Shown: positions 1 to 12,130, counted from the first letter of the stretch. The stretch is DNA of 64,000 bases from Heteronotia binoei (GCF_032191835.1 NC_083225.1:54994001-55058000); one strand, 5' to 3'. Numbers and translations are program-made. Notes: a model not told the origin generated them from the letters alone.

Positions 1-790
1 TCAAGGCTGTGACAAGCATAATTGAACTCTAAAGGGAGTTCTGGCCATCACATTTAAAGGGACAGCACACCTTTTCAATTCCTTCCTTCCATAGGATATA
101 ATGAAGGATAGGGGCACCTTCTTTTGGGGCTCATAGAATTGGACTCCCTGGTCCAATCATTTTGAAACCTGGGGGGTATTTTGGGGAGAGGCACTAGATG
201 CTATACTGAAAATATGGTGTCTCTACCCCAAAAAACAACCCCCCAGAGCCCCAGATACCAGCAGATCAATTCTTCATGATTTTCTATGGGAATAAATCTC
301 CATAGGGAATAATAGAGTTCCCAGCAGACATTTCCCTCCCCTCCCGCCACTTTCTGATGACCCTGAAGCAGGGGGAGGGTCTCCAAACCGGGGGATCTCC
401 TGCCCCCACCTGGGGATTGGCAACCCTAGGGTGGAGCCAGAAGACATTGGGGGCAGAGCCAGGAGCAAGTGTGTGACAAGCATAATTGAACTTCAAGGAA
501 GTTCTGGACATCACATTTAAAGGGACCACACATCTCTTAAATCCCTTCCCTCCATAGGAAATAATGAAGGATAGGGGAACCTTCTTTTGGGGCTCATAGA
601 ATTGGAACCCCTGGTCCAATCTTTTTGAAACTTGGGGGGTATCTTGGGGAGAGGTACTGGATGCTATGCTGCAAATCTGGTGCCTCAACCTCAAAAAACA
701 CCCCCCCCCCGAACCATAGATACCCGCAGATCAATTCTCCATTATTTCCTATGAGAATAAGTCTCCATAGGGAATAATAGAGTTCCCTCC
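1..790. mobile_element. Two adjacent diverged copies of a non-autonomous squamate DNA-element-like repeat (GGCAACCCTA terminus family)
   Basis: 1-429 and 430-790 repeat the same blocks (TGTGACAAGCATAATTGAAC..CACATTTAAAGGGAC..GGGGCTCATAG). Related copies lie at 31342-32600, 1080-1225, 1400-1550, 35115-35300 and 57745-57990. Confidence 0.6.
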
Positions 791-1789
791 CCTTCCTCCG
801 TTTTCTCTCTCTTTCACTCACACACACGCTTAACTGTCTCTGGTGCAAGTCGGCAGCTGTGTTGGTCTGAAGCAGTAGAACAAAGCAGGAGTCTCTGGTG
901 CCTCCACAACCAGGTCTGTAAAGTACAGGGGCTACACTGCTCTTTTACACACACACTCGTCTGAAATGAAAGCAAAACAAACAGAGGGGCTGCACTCTCA
1001 CGAAGTCTGCTGTTGCTAACCCTTCCCCATGAAGTACTTCCTGCTCCAATTTAAAGGCACACACACATTTTAAAACTGGACCTGTTTGCAGGTCCTACCC
1101 AAGATCTAGAGGTACAGGATGACTATGGGGGAGGAGCTTCCCCTGCCGGCCAGCTGGCTGGGGGCGAGGGGAAGCCTGTAAAACTGGGGAATCCCTCGCT
1201 GGGACCTGGGGATTGGAAAGCCTACTTTTAACAGAGAATGTGGCATACACATTTATCTCCCCACAACCATACACACACACCAAAGTTCACTTGCTCTTAA
1301 GTCCCCACATCATTAAGTCCCAACACATGCTGCCTTGCCCACAGTGAGGGCAAAATTGGACATGATAGCAAGAAATCCATTCATGAAATATTGATATCAC
1401 CCTCCAGGTGGGGCCTGGAGATCAGTTCCTCTGGAGAAAATGGATGCTTCGGAGGATGGATTTTACGGCAATGTTCTCTGAGGTCCCTGTCCTCTCCAGG
1501 CTCCACCTCCAAATCTCCAAGAATTTCCCAACCTAGATCTGGCAACCCTATGAAAGTAGCAGCAGAGGCTGGGTTGGAGCTGTAGCATATGAGAGCAGGA
1601 CTTAACCATTTCTTACGGTTCTTTCTCCGAAGACTCCGCCATACTGCAAGTTTTATTCCATGAGCAAATAAATAGCCGTCTGTGATGGGTAATTTGCATC
1701 AGAAAAATAGCAGCAGAGGAGAGTTATCCCCCAGCATTCTTCACACGTTATCCCAAAAGGGATTGTACACTAACATCTAATCCTTGAAG

Positions 1790-2030
1790 ATAGATCCAGG
1801 TGGCCAGCCATGTTGGCCTGAAGCAGTAGAGCAAAGTTTGAATCCTGTGGCACCTTTAAGACCAACAAAGTTCTATTCAAAGTCTGAGCTTTTGTGTGCA
1901 TGTCCATACATGTAGGTATGGACTGGTAACTCCCATTTCAATGTATCTGAGAAAGTGTTCACGCACACAAAAGCTCAAACCTTGAATAAAACGTTGTTGG
2001 TCTTAAAGGTGCCACTGGACTTAAACTTGT
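1790..2030. mobile_element. Palindromic Penelope-like (PLE)-type non-autonomous repeat with a decayed hammerhead core
   Basis: Inverted arms GTGGCACCTTTAAGACCAACAAAG / TTGTTGGTCTTAAAGGTGCCAC. Relatives at 845-900, 40060-40200, 44205-44345 and 55790-55900. Confidence 0.5.
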
Positions 2031-2529
2031 TCTATCTGTAATCCCCATATAACAACAAAAAAAGTTTGAAGTTCATAGTTAGCATTCATTTATGGTTGAC
2101 TTTCATATAGCCTACATAAAATCATTCATAAGTCTTTTCTCCCCACAAGTTCATTTATTCTAGAAAGGCATTCATTGTAGGTAGGTGATGCTTCTGAACT
2201 GAACAATCACAGTTCTCCATCAGGCACTAAGAATTAATCAACAGTAAAACGGGCAAATGCTTTGCCTCTGCTTCATCAATGATATTGAAGAGCCTGAAGG
2301 ATTGTGACGAAAGGTCCACTTTTGCATCTTCTCCTAAAACTGAGCTTTGCTTTGCTTTTGTTAATACTCTCCAATATTTGCTTCATTAGTCTACTTGCTG
2401 TAGATTTGAGTCAAGTGTAAAATCAGAACACAGTATTTTACATTTAGTTCCCTTCTGGTAATATTAAAAAAAAAAATCACAATTCTCTAGGCAGAAGTTC
2501 AGCCTAGTGAAAAATTTTCCAGACAATAA

Positions 2530-2686
2530 AGGAAAGAACTGAAACTGCAATTCTGGCTACAGCACTGCACAGCTTTCTAAATTCCCCACCCAACACATCA
2601 GCAAGCCAATAGCAGACAACCAGAAACGAAGCTAATTTTAAAAGTGAAACTAAAAATCAGTTTGTCCTCTTCTTTCATTCTTCCAG
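2530..2686 (+). promoter_or_regulatory. IRF/ISRE-like motifs and CCAAT upstream of the lysozyme ATG exon
   Basis: AAGAACTGAAACT (~2533-2546), GAAACGAAGC (~2623-2632), AAAGTGAAACT (2641-2651), CCAAT (~2606-2610). Motif matches only. Confidence 0.35.
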
Positions 2687-2717
2687 CACTGAAGGAGACT
2701 AGAAACAACAAGGAACC

Positions 2718-5700
2718 ATGCGAGGTATTTATTTGGCTCTTGTATTTCCTGTCTTGTCTATTCAGAACTGAAGGAATATGTACAGGTATGCTGCACATTA
2801 ATCTTTCATAACTTAATTACAAGAGTTCTTTCTCATCTCCCCAAGATGCAAGCATATTACATTCCCCTTAAAAGTAAGAAGCAGCTTAAAAATACGCTAG
2901 GGATCACTTTCTCTTATGGTGCACATCACAGTGTGTGAATTATAGTTGTCAACTTGTCCCAATATTTTACTTCAAATTAAGACACTATCTTGAAAAGTAT
3001 ACTTCTCAGCTGTTGCTTGACTTTCTATGTGCTGGTAAAGGAAGTGTGAACACCAGCCTTATATAGATTACAACATTGTTCATAAAAGAATGGTCAAACA
3101 CTGGTAAAGCAAAATTCCATTCTGTGGAAATATTTAGCGTATTATTATCTGACTTTTCTAATAACTGGAGGCAGGGAGAGAAACTGTTGTTGAGGAATAT
3201 CTTGCCAGCTGCACATTTCTTCTGTGGTGCTTTGTCTGCTTCCTGCCTTCAGGTGTAAGGGCTTGGCTTAGCCAGAGGCATGAGTCAAATGACTCTTGGA
3301 TTGTCCCTCCCAGCTTGTTACTTCAAATGACTCAGCCTCTGAATCTGGGACCAGTCAAAGATCAGGATGTAGTCTGTTACTTTTTCTGGAGATGGATGAG
3401 GGTTTTGACACTAGTTCTGCAGCCACCATAAAAATGGAGCAGGAGGGTGGGTACACAAGCTGAGAATGGGATGTGGGACCTGCCTATGGATACAGAGGTG
3501 AGGGTTATGGTCACTGAAGGTGCAAGGTCATACTTCCAGAGGGCTGCAGAAGTGGGTGGCAATATCATGGCTTCAAGACCAGAAACCAAAGCCCAATGGC
3601 ACTCTGATGGGGTCAGGCCATGGAAGCAGTGAAAGAAAATTTGGCCACAAGCCAGGGGACAAAGACCATTCCTTAGCTTTTCCCAAAGATGGGAGGCAAA
3701 ACCTGACTTTTGTTGGCTCCCCACAAAACAGAGGAAAGGGGAGAGATTTGCAGGGACTGTGAACAGCTTTAATAGCTCAAAACCAAGGAAGACGTGGTTG
3801 GGGAACTGCCCTTTCCACAAAGCTAGCTGAGAGAAATATAGGAGAGCCCTTACAGGACAAGTTGGACCCAGCTGGAGTCAGCCCTCTTCACTCCCCATCA
3901 GCAGCCCCACAGTCGCGGAAGGTGAATTTGGTACATCCTCTGGTGGTCTCATCCCAATGGAGGCTTGTTAGCAACACCTTTGCTTGATGACCTACCAACC
4001 ACAGGTGGAAGTTTCCCTCCATGCCACTAGTGCCACCCACTTCCTCATATGCTCATATGAGCCTGCTTCGGTGGGGAGGGCGGAATATAAATTAAAAATT
4101 ATTATTTAATTGTTCTGTTTAATGTGTGTGGGTGTGTTTTTTTCTGTTGTAAGATGCATAGAGTTCTTTTGGTGAAAAAGCAAGTTAGATAAATAATTGT
4201 ACTTATTCCTGACAGGTTATTATTATGGCAAAATAATGATGGTTGAAACTACTGGGGCTTCTCTAGGAGTTGCAAGAGCAGAAGGCCTGAGTTATGGTGG
4301 TAAGTTGTCTATAGTTGGTTTATGGCCTCACAGTTATCTGCAGAGTTGAGGGAAAATCATATCTAGCATACATGGTCCTGCACTAAATGAAAGGGGACTT
4401 ACCACCTGCAGCAGCCTTCTGTGTTCCCAGAAAGTCAGTGGAACCCCAGTAACAGCACACTGTGGGTCAGGTCATTGGGTGGGAGGATACGTGTGCGTAG
4501 AGGAATTACTGAAAATGTCTCCATTCTGCAAACAGAACTGTTTTCTGCAAACAGAACAGGATATTGGGATATAAGCACATGTCTACTTCCACACTCGGTC
4601 TGAAAACACATTACAGTTGAGAAAAAACTAACAAGTAATACAAATTGAGGGAAAATATTGGCAAAAGAAGAAACCCAACCATTTTTACATAATTATCAAG
4701 AACAGGATAACTTCCTTTACAGAAACTTAAGAGCTTCTATGTATGTTATAGCTATCCAGGGAACCACTTGCTTATTTGGATGCCAGAGTGTAGTCTACTA
4801 ATAACGAATACCACCTTGATTGAAATCAATGTTTAGATTAAAAATAACAGCTCTGTTGGTTTCATTATTGTTTTATTGTTGACAAGAAATATATTTCTTA
4901 AGAGAGGTAGAATCAGCTAGTTGGGAGCTACTGTGTGTAGTGATCCCATTTTATCCCCAGTGGTCTTTAACTTGCATGTAAAACCTTTGGCTGAGACCAT
5001 CAGGAGCTTTGGAGTGGAATGTCACCAATACGTAGAGGACACCTAGCTGTGAAAGATCTGGGCCACCATCTATAGCCAAGCGGATGAGGAAAAACAAACC
5101 AAAGCTTAACCCAGACAAGATGGAAGTGATGCTTATTGGAAAGGCTGAGTGTTTAGCTATTATCAAGCCACTAGCCTTAGATGGTGTGAAGCTCTCTGTA
5201 TTAGATTAAGGTTGGGATTGCCACAGTTGTTATCAATCAATCAAAGGGGTCAGTGCTGTTGCCAGGAACACCTTTGTTCAGTTAAGAAGATATTGCAGGG
5301 GTGGCCAATGGTAGCTCTCCAGGGTTTTTTTGCCTACAACTCCCATCAGCCCCAGCCATTGGCCATGCTGGGTGGGGCTGATGGGAGTAGTAGGCAAAAA
5401 ATTCTGTAGAGCTACTGTTGGCCACCCCTGAGATATTGGATTTATATTCCGCCCTCCACTCCGAATCTCAGAGCTGCTCACAATCTCCTTTACCTTCCTC
5501 CCCCACAACAGACACCCTGTGAGGTGGGTGGGGCTGGAGAGGGTTCTCACAGCAGCTGCCCTTTCAAGGACAACCTCTGTCAAAGCTATGGCTGTCCCAA
5601 GGCCATTCCAGCAGGTGCAAGTGGAGGAGTGGGGAATCCAACCCAGTTTTCCCAGATTAGAGTCCACACACTTAACCACTACACCAAACTGGCTCTCTAA

Positions 5701-8700
5701 AGTCTAGGTTATAAGATGACCCTTTATTTAGGTTCTGTCAACCTAGCCATGCTGATCTACATAACCATAACCACTTCCACCTTAGATCCATTCCAGTCCG
5801 GCTTCCGCCCGGGCCATGGGACGGAGACAGTGCTGGTCGCTCTCATGGATGACCTCTGGCGGCATCTGGACCGAGGCGGCTCGGCGGTATTGCTGTTGTT
5901 AGACCTATCGGCGGCATTCGATATGGTCAACCATCAGCTGCTGACCAGCTGCCTCGCCGACGTAGGAATTCGGGGGCTAGCCTTACAGTGGCTTTCCCCC
6001 TTCCTTGAAGGTCGGTGACAAAGGGTAACAATTGGGGGAGAGGTGTCCCAGAGGCGCCTACTCAACTGTGGGGTGCCCCAGGGGGCAGTTCTCTCCCCGA
6101 TGCTGTTTAACATCTTCATGCGCCCCCTTGCCCAGATTGCCTGAAGGTACGGGCTGGGTTGTCACCAGTATGCTGATGACACCCAGCTCTATCTATTGAT
6201 GGGCGGCCGGACTGGAGACGTCCCTGAAAACCTGGACCGAGCGTTGCAAGCTGTGGCAGGGTGGATCAAGTCGAGTGGGCTGAAGTTGAATCCAGCGAAG
6301 ACAGAGGTCCTTTGCATGGGCCGCAGCGGGCCAGGGGAGGAGATCTCCCTACCAGCCTTTGATGGTGCGTCGCTGATACCAGTGAGCAGGGTCAAAAGCT
6401 TGGGAGTGCTTCTGGAGCCTTCCTTGACAATGGAGGCACAGATAGCTGCCACTGCCAAAGCCGCCTTTTCCCATCTTAGGAGGGCGAAGCAGCTGGCCCC
6501 TTTCCTGGAACCTGGCGACCTAGCAATAGTGATCCATGCAACCGTCACTTCGAGGTTGGACTACTGTAATGCCCTCTACATGGGGCTGCCCCTGTACCGA
6601 ACTCGGAAACTGCAGCTGGTGCAGAATGTGGCGGCTAGGCTGTTAGTGGGACTACCTCGGTGGGAGCACGTGCAGCCTAGGTTGCGGGAGCTGCACTGGC
6701 TGCCAATTGTGTTCCGAGTTCGTTACAAGGTGCTGGTTATTACCTTTAAAGCCCTATATGGCCGAGGACCTGTCTACCTTAGGGACCGCCTCTCTCCATA
6801 TATCCCCCAGAGAGCACTGAGATCTAGCTCCCAAAATCTCTTAAAAATCCCTGGACCAAGGGAGGCCAAATTGAAAACAACCTGAGAGCAGGCCTTCTCA
6901 GTAACGGCTCTTCATTGGTGGAACCTATTACCAGCGGAGGTTCGAGCCCTGCGGGACTATAATCAGTTCCGCAGGGCCTGCAAAACTATCCTTTTTCAAA
7001 TGGCCTACAAGATTGACTCCTGAAATGACATCTAAGCATCTGATATACATCTGATATGTCTTGCATTATAGCACCTTAATTGTAATGGTTTTAATTTATT
7101 AATTTATTTATTTAATGTATTTTACCGTATAATGTATTAACTGTAATCATGGCACTTTCCATGTCTGTGAACCGCCCTGAGCCTGCCTCGGCGGGGAGGG
7201 CGGGATATAAATAAAAATTATTATTATTATTGTATTGGACTACTGTAATGAAGTCTATATGGGAATGCCTTTGAAGGCAGCTCAGATGTTTTGGCTGGTA
7301 CATATTGCAGCAGAGAGACTCATGTCTAGGATCAGTTGTCTGGAACATGGAACTCCACTGCTGCATCAATTGCAGTGGTGACTGAACTACTTCTGAGCCC
7401 AATTCAATGTATTAGTTATGGCCCTGAAAACACTTCAGAGGCAGGGGCCCTCATATCTCCCGCTATAGTTTTACCCACCAACTACATTCTTCAGACAGCC
7501 TTCTGCTAATGGTTCCTCCTTTTAGGATTATCTCTCTGGCAACAATCAATGCAACAAGAGAGGACCAGCTGCAGAAACAGACTTCCATGCATACAGCCAC
7601 TGTCGATGTTTCTTCAGTGCTCTCTCAAGTCCCACAATATCTGTCTTGACTGGGATGTACTCCCTTGCTTTAGGAGAGCTAGTTCTTTATGAATATCTTA
7701 AGGTTGACTTGGGCTTGAAATGTCACTTAGTAAGCAATTTAACTGCATGTTTAAAATATTAGTTTCTTTTTGCACCAGGAGTCCAGGCTTCAGAAACTAT
7801 TGCAGCCAAAGACCTAAAAAATATGGAGAAATACAAAACAACAATTAAGAGTGTCAGTGAAAGCACAGGAATGGATGAAGCTGTGATCGCAGGTATAATC
7901 TCTCGAGAATCTCATGCTGGAATCATCCTGGACAACGGTTGGGGTGACCACGGAAACGGATTTGGCTTGATGCAGGTAAAGTGTATATTTCATGTGAATG
8001 CACAGATTGTAAGGCCCACTACTCATCCACTCCAAGTAATGGTACTATACTCTTGAGTTTAAAGAGGCAAATTATCCCCATCAAGTCAGAACTGGGTATA
8101 AATGCACATGTTCACATTCCTTGCTTATTACCCTACTTCACTCTGCCCTCTTTGTAATCTCCTGATCTTCAATCTTTGTAATCTCTCATCAGAAACTTAT
8201 ATTTTTTTTATCACTTTATAAAGCGATGTACACTGATAGTTTGGTATAAAACAATGATCTTTGCAAAATTAGTGAAATGTGTTAATGTTTCTTCTAGGTT
8301 GATAAAAGATGGCACAAAATAGAAGGCACATGGGATAGTAAGGCACATATTACCCAAGGTGCCAACATTCTGTGTGACATGATAGATGGTGTTGCTAAGA
8401 AGTTTCCACAGTGGACCAAGGAACAGCAGCTCAAAGGTACGAAATTACAAGGTCTAAAGTAACTTGGGACATAAGGATCCTTGTCTCAAGCCCTTGCTTT
8501 TCCAGCGCCAGCCCCTAGACCACATCCCAGACTGTCAAGGAGGATCCTCTGGTTGGGTGGGAGGGTATGTGTGGCTGCAGCAGAAAGGAGGATATGGAAA
8601 AACTTCACTGTATGAGAAGTCTATATAGTTAGTTGGTTCCATTGTGTAATGCAAAACACTGTCTTTAAAATGAGCCTTCTGTGTTTAGATTGTAATGCTT

Positions 8701-8962
8701 TAGCTAATCTATATTTGTGGGAAGTAATTTGTTTGAATTATTAATAATAGTAATTTGAATTAACAGATTCAACAGGATATGTATATTAAAGAATGTTTGC
8801 AATACAACTTCTTTTACTGTTATTCTAGGTGGAATTTCAGCCTATAATGCAGGACTTTCTAATGTCCGCACCTATGATGGAATGGATATTGGCACAACAG
8901 GGAATGATTATGCCAATGATGTTGCTGCCAGAGCCCAGTTTTTCAAGAGACATGGATTCTAA
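2718..8962 (+). CDS. LYG: Goose-type (g-type) lysozyme. CDS join(2718..2724,4216..4299,7779..7975,8298..8436,8829..8962) = 186 aa starting [18 protein letters not shown]. First coding exon is uncertain (see findings).
   Basis: Hand translation gives [66 protein letters not shown]. Catalytic Glu (SRES) and both Asp residues (WGD, QVD) are present. All introns are GT-AG with consistent phases. Position next to MRPL30 matches amniote synteny. Paralog (LygA/B/C, LYG1/2) not assigned. Confidence 0.93.
5284..5699 (-). mobile_element. tRNA-head, L2-tail SINE (Squam3-like), with its tail interrupted by a hAT MITE
   Basis: Reverse complement closely matches the + copy at 52698-52975, including A-box TGGTGTAGTGG and B-box GGTTGGATTCCC. 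Confidence 0.8.
5296..5430. mobile_element. Palindromic hAT MITE
   Basis: TIR CAGGGGTGGCCAA/TTGGCCACCCCTG with a perfect 8-bp TSD AGATATTG. Sister copy at 16036-16170. Confidence 0.85.
5770..7235 (+). mobile_element. Young 5'-truncated L2 LINE (RT domain to 3' tail)
   Basis: [73 protein letters not shown] few premature TGA stops consistent with CpG decay. Tail GGGAGGGCGGGATATAAAT(A..TTA)n. Confidence 0.92.
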
Positions 8963-11932
8963 TAATGGTTTTAATCGCCTGTTTGGCTACTTTTAAGTAG
9001 TTATTTACAACAAACTCCTTTAGTAAAACTTAATTTTTATGTTATCTATAAAAACATAATTCTGTTTGCTTGAAGAGATTCATAATGTTTGGTAAGATTA
9101 ATGACAGACCAAGTTGTGAAGCAGGAATCCTGGTGAAAATCTTGCCTCTACTTCCACTCACAAGCCAATAACCTTTCTGTGCACTCCTATTTCTAAGGAT
9201 TGTTGCAGCAACATACACAACATGCATTCAAGTTTGTTTCATCCACTAGGCTAAATAGGACAGAAAGAGAGAGTATGGAAAGATGACCCAGACTGTCAAA
9301 ACTTTGAATTGTTTTTTGTCACTAGGCAGATCACTTGGCATTCTTACTGTACTGGAGGAAAAACATATTGTCTGTTTAAAAGAATGTGCACGTTTGTGTT
9401 TGCAAACTACCATTTTTGTGCTTGCAATTAATCCACAAACTGAATATCCATTCTGAAGTAATTTGCCATATCTGACTGACTGACAGAACAATTCAAGTAA
9501 TATTGCCTCTATAAACCCAGGTTTCTGAAGGAAAGGCCAACAGTTTGGCACACCAGCCTTGTCCTGAATTCATCTATAGACTTAGAAGGCAGTCTTAAGA
9601 CTTTGTGTACTTTGCCCATGCTCTTGGAATGTTACCTTTCACCTCTTTCCTGGAATACACATTGTGTTAGAGCTAAAGGTAAACATCTGTCTCCCTGTTC
9701 TGCACGCTTGTAGTAAATGATTGTGTAAAGAAAAGCGTATAAAATAAACGACCACTGTCAGAAAGACAGAGACCGGTGCGTAGAACCTCAACCCTATGTT
9801 ATGATTCCTTCAGGTTTCATTTCTGCTTATTCCTTCTATACATTTGTCCATTCCTTTCAAAAGCCACCTATTCTAATGTGTTTCAACATCACAGGGTAAT
9901 GAATCTTTAACATCAGTTAACAAAATTATGCAAAGTACTTTCCTCTGTCTGCTTTAAATGTCATTTAACTAGACGAGCCAGAGATCTAACGCTGGAAAGA
10001 ATTAGTTTATATGACAGAATTCTGTAACTACTACCCTGTCTATATACACCTGCTTTTCTCTGACTTAAGAGGACAACTAATTAAAAAAAGATACTCCAGT
10101 GCCTAACCCATGGCCCTTTTAGAGCATCTTAGACTATGATGCTTGTTTTCATTTAGTCTTTTTCAATAATGTTTTACTTTTCTGTATTGCTGATGATTTC
10201 AGCAGTTTCATAACACCACAGTTTCATTGCTGAGTCATTACAGATATTTTACAGCAGCAACACCATGGTTATGACTTTTACCCCCCGCCAAAAAAAAATT
10301 ACAGATGGAAATTCATCTGCTATTTGAAAATCCTTTGATGAACTTCTTGCTGCGTTTGAAAATGGAGTGAATACCAACAATTGTCTTTAAAACAAACTCT
10401 TTACATGCACTGAAACAAAATACTCACAAACCACCAGCAGCTAACTGTTCATGAGAACTTGGGGGTTCTTCAAAAATCTATATGAATATGAATTGTTTAG
10501 CAAGAAGACAAGCATCTTCGAAAGGAAGTTTGTGAATTTATTTCAAATTTGATTTCCACCTTTCTTCTAATGGGCTTTAAGAAGGACAAAAGAGAATATC
10601 CAATTGGATGCAGACCAGTAAGAATACTTATATCTTGAAAGTACTAACGTATCATTTAATCTACTCTAATAAACCCTTAACCCTCCACCACACTCAAATT
10701 TTCCAAGGAGCCATCCAAAACCATAACTGAAAAACCCTACCAAGTAACACTGACTTGCATCTCTTTAGAGAGGTCTATAATGAAGGTCTTCCAGACTATT
10801 CCGTAACATAACCTGTCAAGCATTCTATTTCTAAGTACTGGTTCATCCATACTTTCCTTTCTTCCCTTCTGACACCCCCCCTCCATTCTCACTTCTCTCT
10901 GGAAATGCATAATAAATCTTGTTTTGCTTCAGGATGTGTAGGGTAACCTTGTATTAGCAATGTAAAGTGCCTCTCCCCCAGATTTTCGCAGCCATGCCTT
11001 ATCAGCTAGCAGAGAATGTGTGAGAAATGGAGATGTTAACATTCCTTAGTTGCCACAGAGATATTAGTAACTAGCCTTTGAACCTTCAATGCAATTTGCA
11101 TCTTTGGGTTATTCTTTTGAAGTTAACTGTAATCCTGTCTTTGAAGTAACTTTTAAGATACTAATTAACAGTGTGACCTGTATTACTTCCAAGGTATCAG
11201 TCCTTGGAGCAAGTCACTGAGTTTCAATAAAACAAGTCTTTGATTTAAAACAAAAAAACTTGATTATTTCTAAATATCGATGCTTGACATAACCTGCCAG
11301 GGTAAGAGGGAACACACAATAAATAACCAATCTAGGGAAATACAATGAATTCATGTAAGGAGAGTCAGTGAGTCAATTCATGAAGATCAGTCATGTCACA
11401 GTCTGCTGGTACTGAAGAGTATTGGATTGTGCTCACTTCACAGAGGACAGCAATAGGGCCCCACCTTGGCCAATGGCTGCATGAAGCAAGACCATGCCCT
11501 GAAAATGTTCTAGAATCTTCTACAATGCAAATAGATTCCTCTGCAACAAGACCCTGTAAAAAAGAGCCCCCTCAAAATAGAAAATTTAAGAACTTGTGCT
11601 TTAAGTAGTGTTCACAACAGCATAACTATAAACCAGAATTTATGCACAAGTCCAGACTGTGCAACATGCCACATGGAACAGATGGAAACTCACCTGCCAA
11701 ATTAAAGTCCAAGCTTTAATTTGAAAATCCTTTGATGAACTTCTCTAATTTAATTCATTAGCTACCACTAGAAGGTACAGACAGAGATTCCTTAACTAAT
11801 CTACTATATAGTGAAATTATCTTAAACAACATGCCACATGGAACACTTTTGTGTTCTAAGAACTGGATATAGTCATGTTTGACTAAACAGTTTGGAAAAT
11901 GTCTTTGCAGGATATGAAGATCTACTTTCCAA

Positions 11933-12130
11933 ACAGCCAGTGTTGCATAGTGGTCAGAGTGTCAGATAGGAACTGGTTCAAACCCCCGCCCCCTCTGTCA
12001 TGGAAGCTTGCTGGGCATCCTTGGGCCAGTCACATGGTCTCAGCCTACATAACAGGGTTGATACAAGAATAAAATAGAAGGCAAAACAAAGTATGCTGTC
12101 CTCTAGGGAAAAGTGGAGTATAGATGAACT
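11933..12130 (+). mobile_element. Degraded tRNA-derived SINE
   Basis: CAGCCAGTGTTGCATAGTGGTCAGAGTG head and CTTGGGCCAGTCAC core. Relatives at 14500-14735, 28810-28985, 34060-34195, 37605-37830 and 56770-56910. Confidence 0.6.

Larger units (their letters stand above)
4900..7430 (+). mobile_element. Old degraded L2 LINE (pieces 4900-5215, 5700-5775, 7236-7430) interrupted by younger insertions
   Basis: Remnant translations [32 protein letters not shown] and [19 protein letters not shown]. Confidence 0.7.

Noticed and set aside
3200-3254. Hydrophobic stretch ([14 protein letters not shown]) before a GT|gtaagg donor, as an alternative lysozyme signal exon
   Set aside because: No in-frame ATG (ATA preceded by TGA) and no convincing acceptor. 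The 2687-2785 exon fits better.
3377-3820. 147-aa minus-strand ORF in the lysozyme intron
   Set aside because: No homology recognised. Probably decayed repeat sequence.
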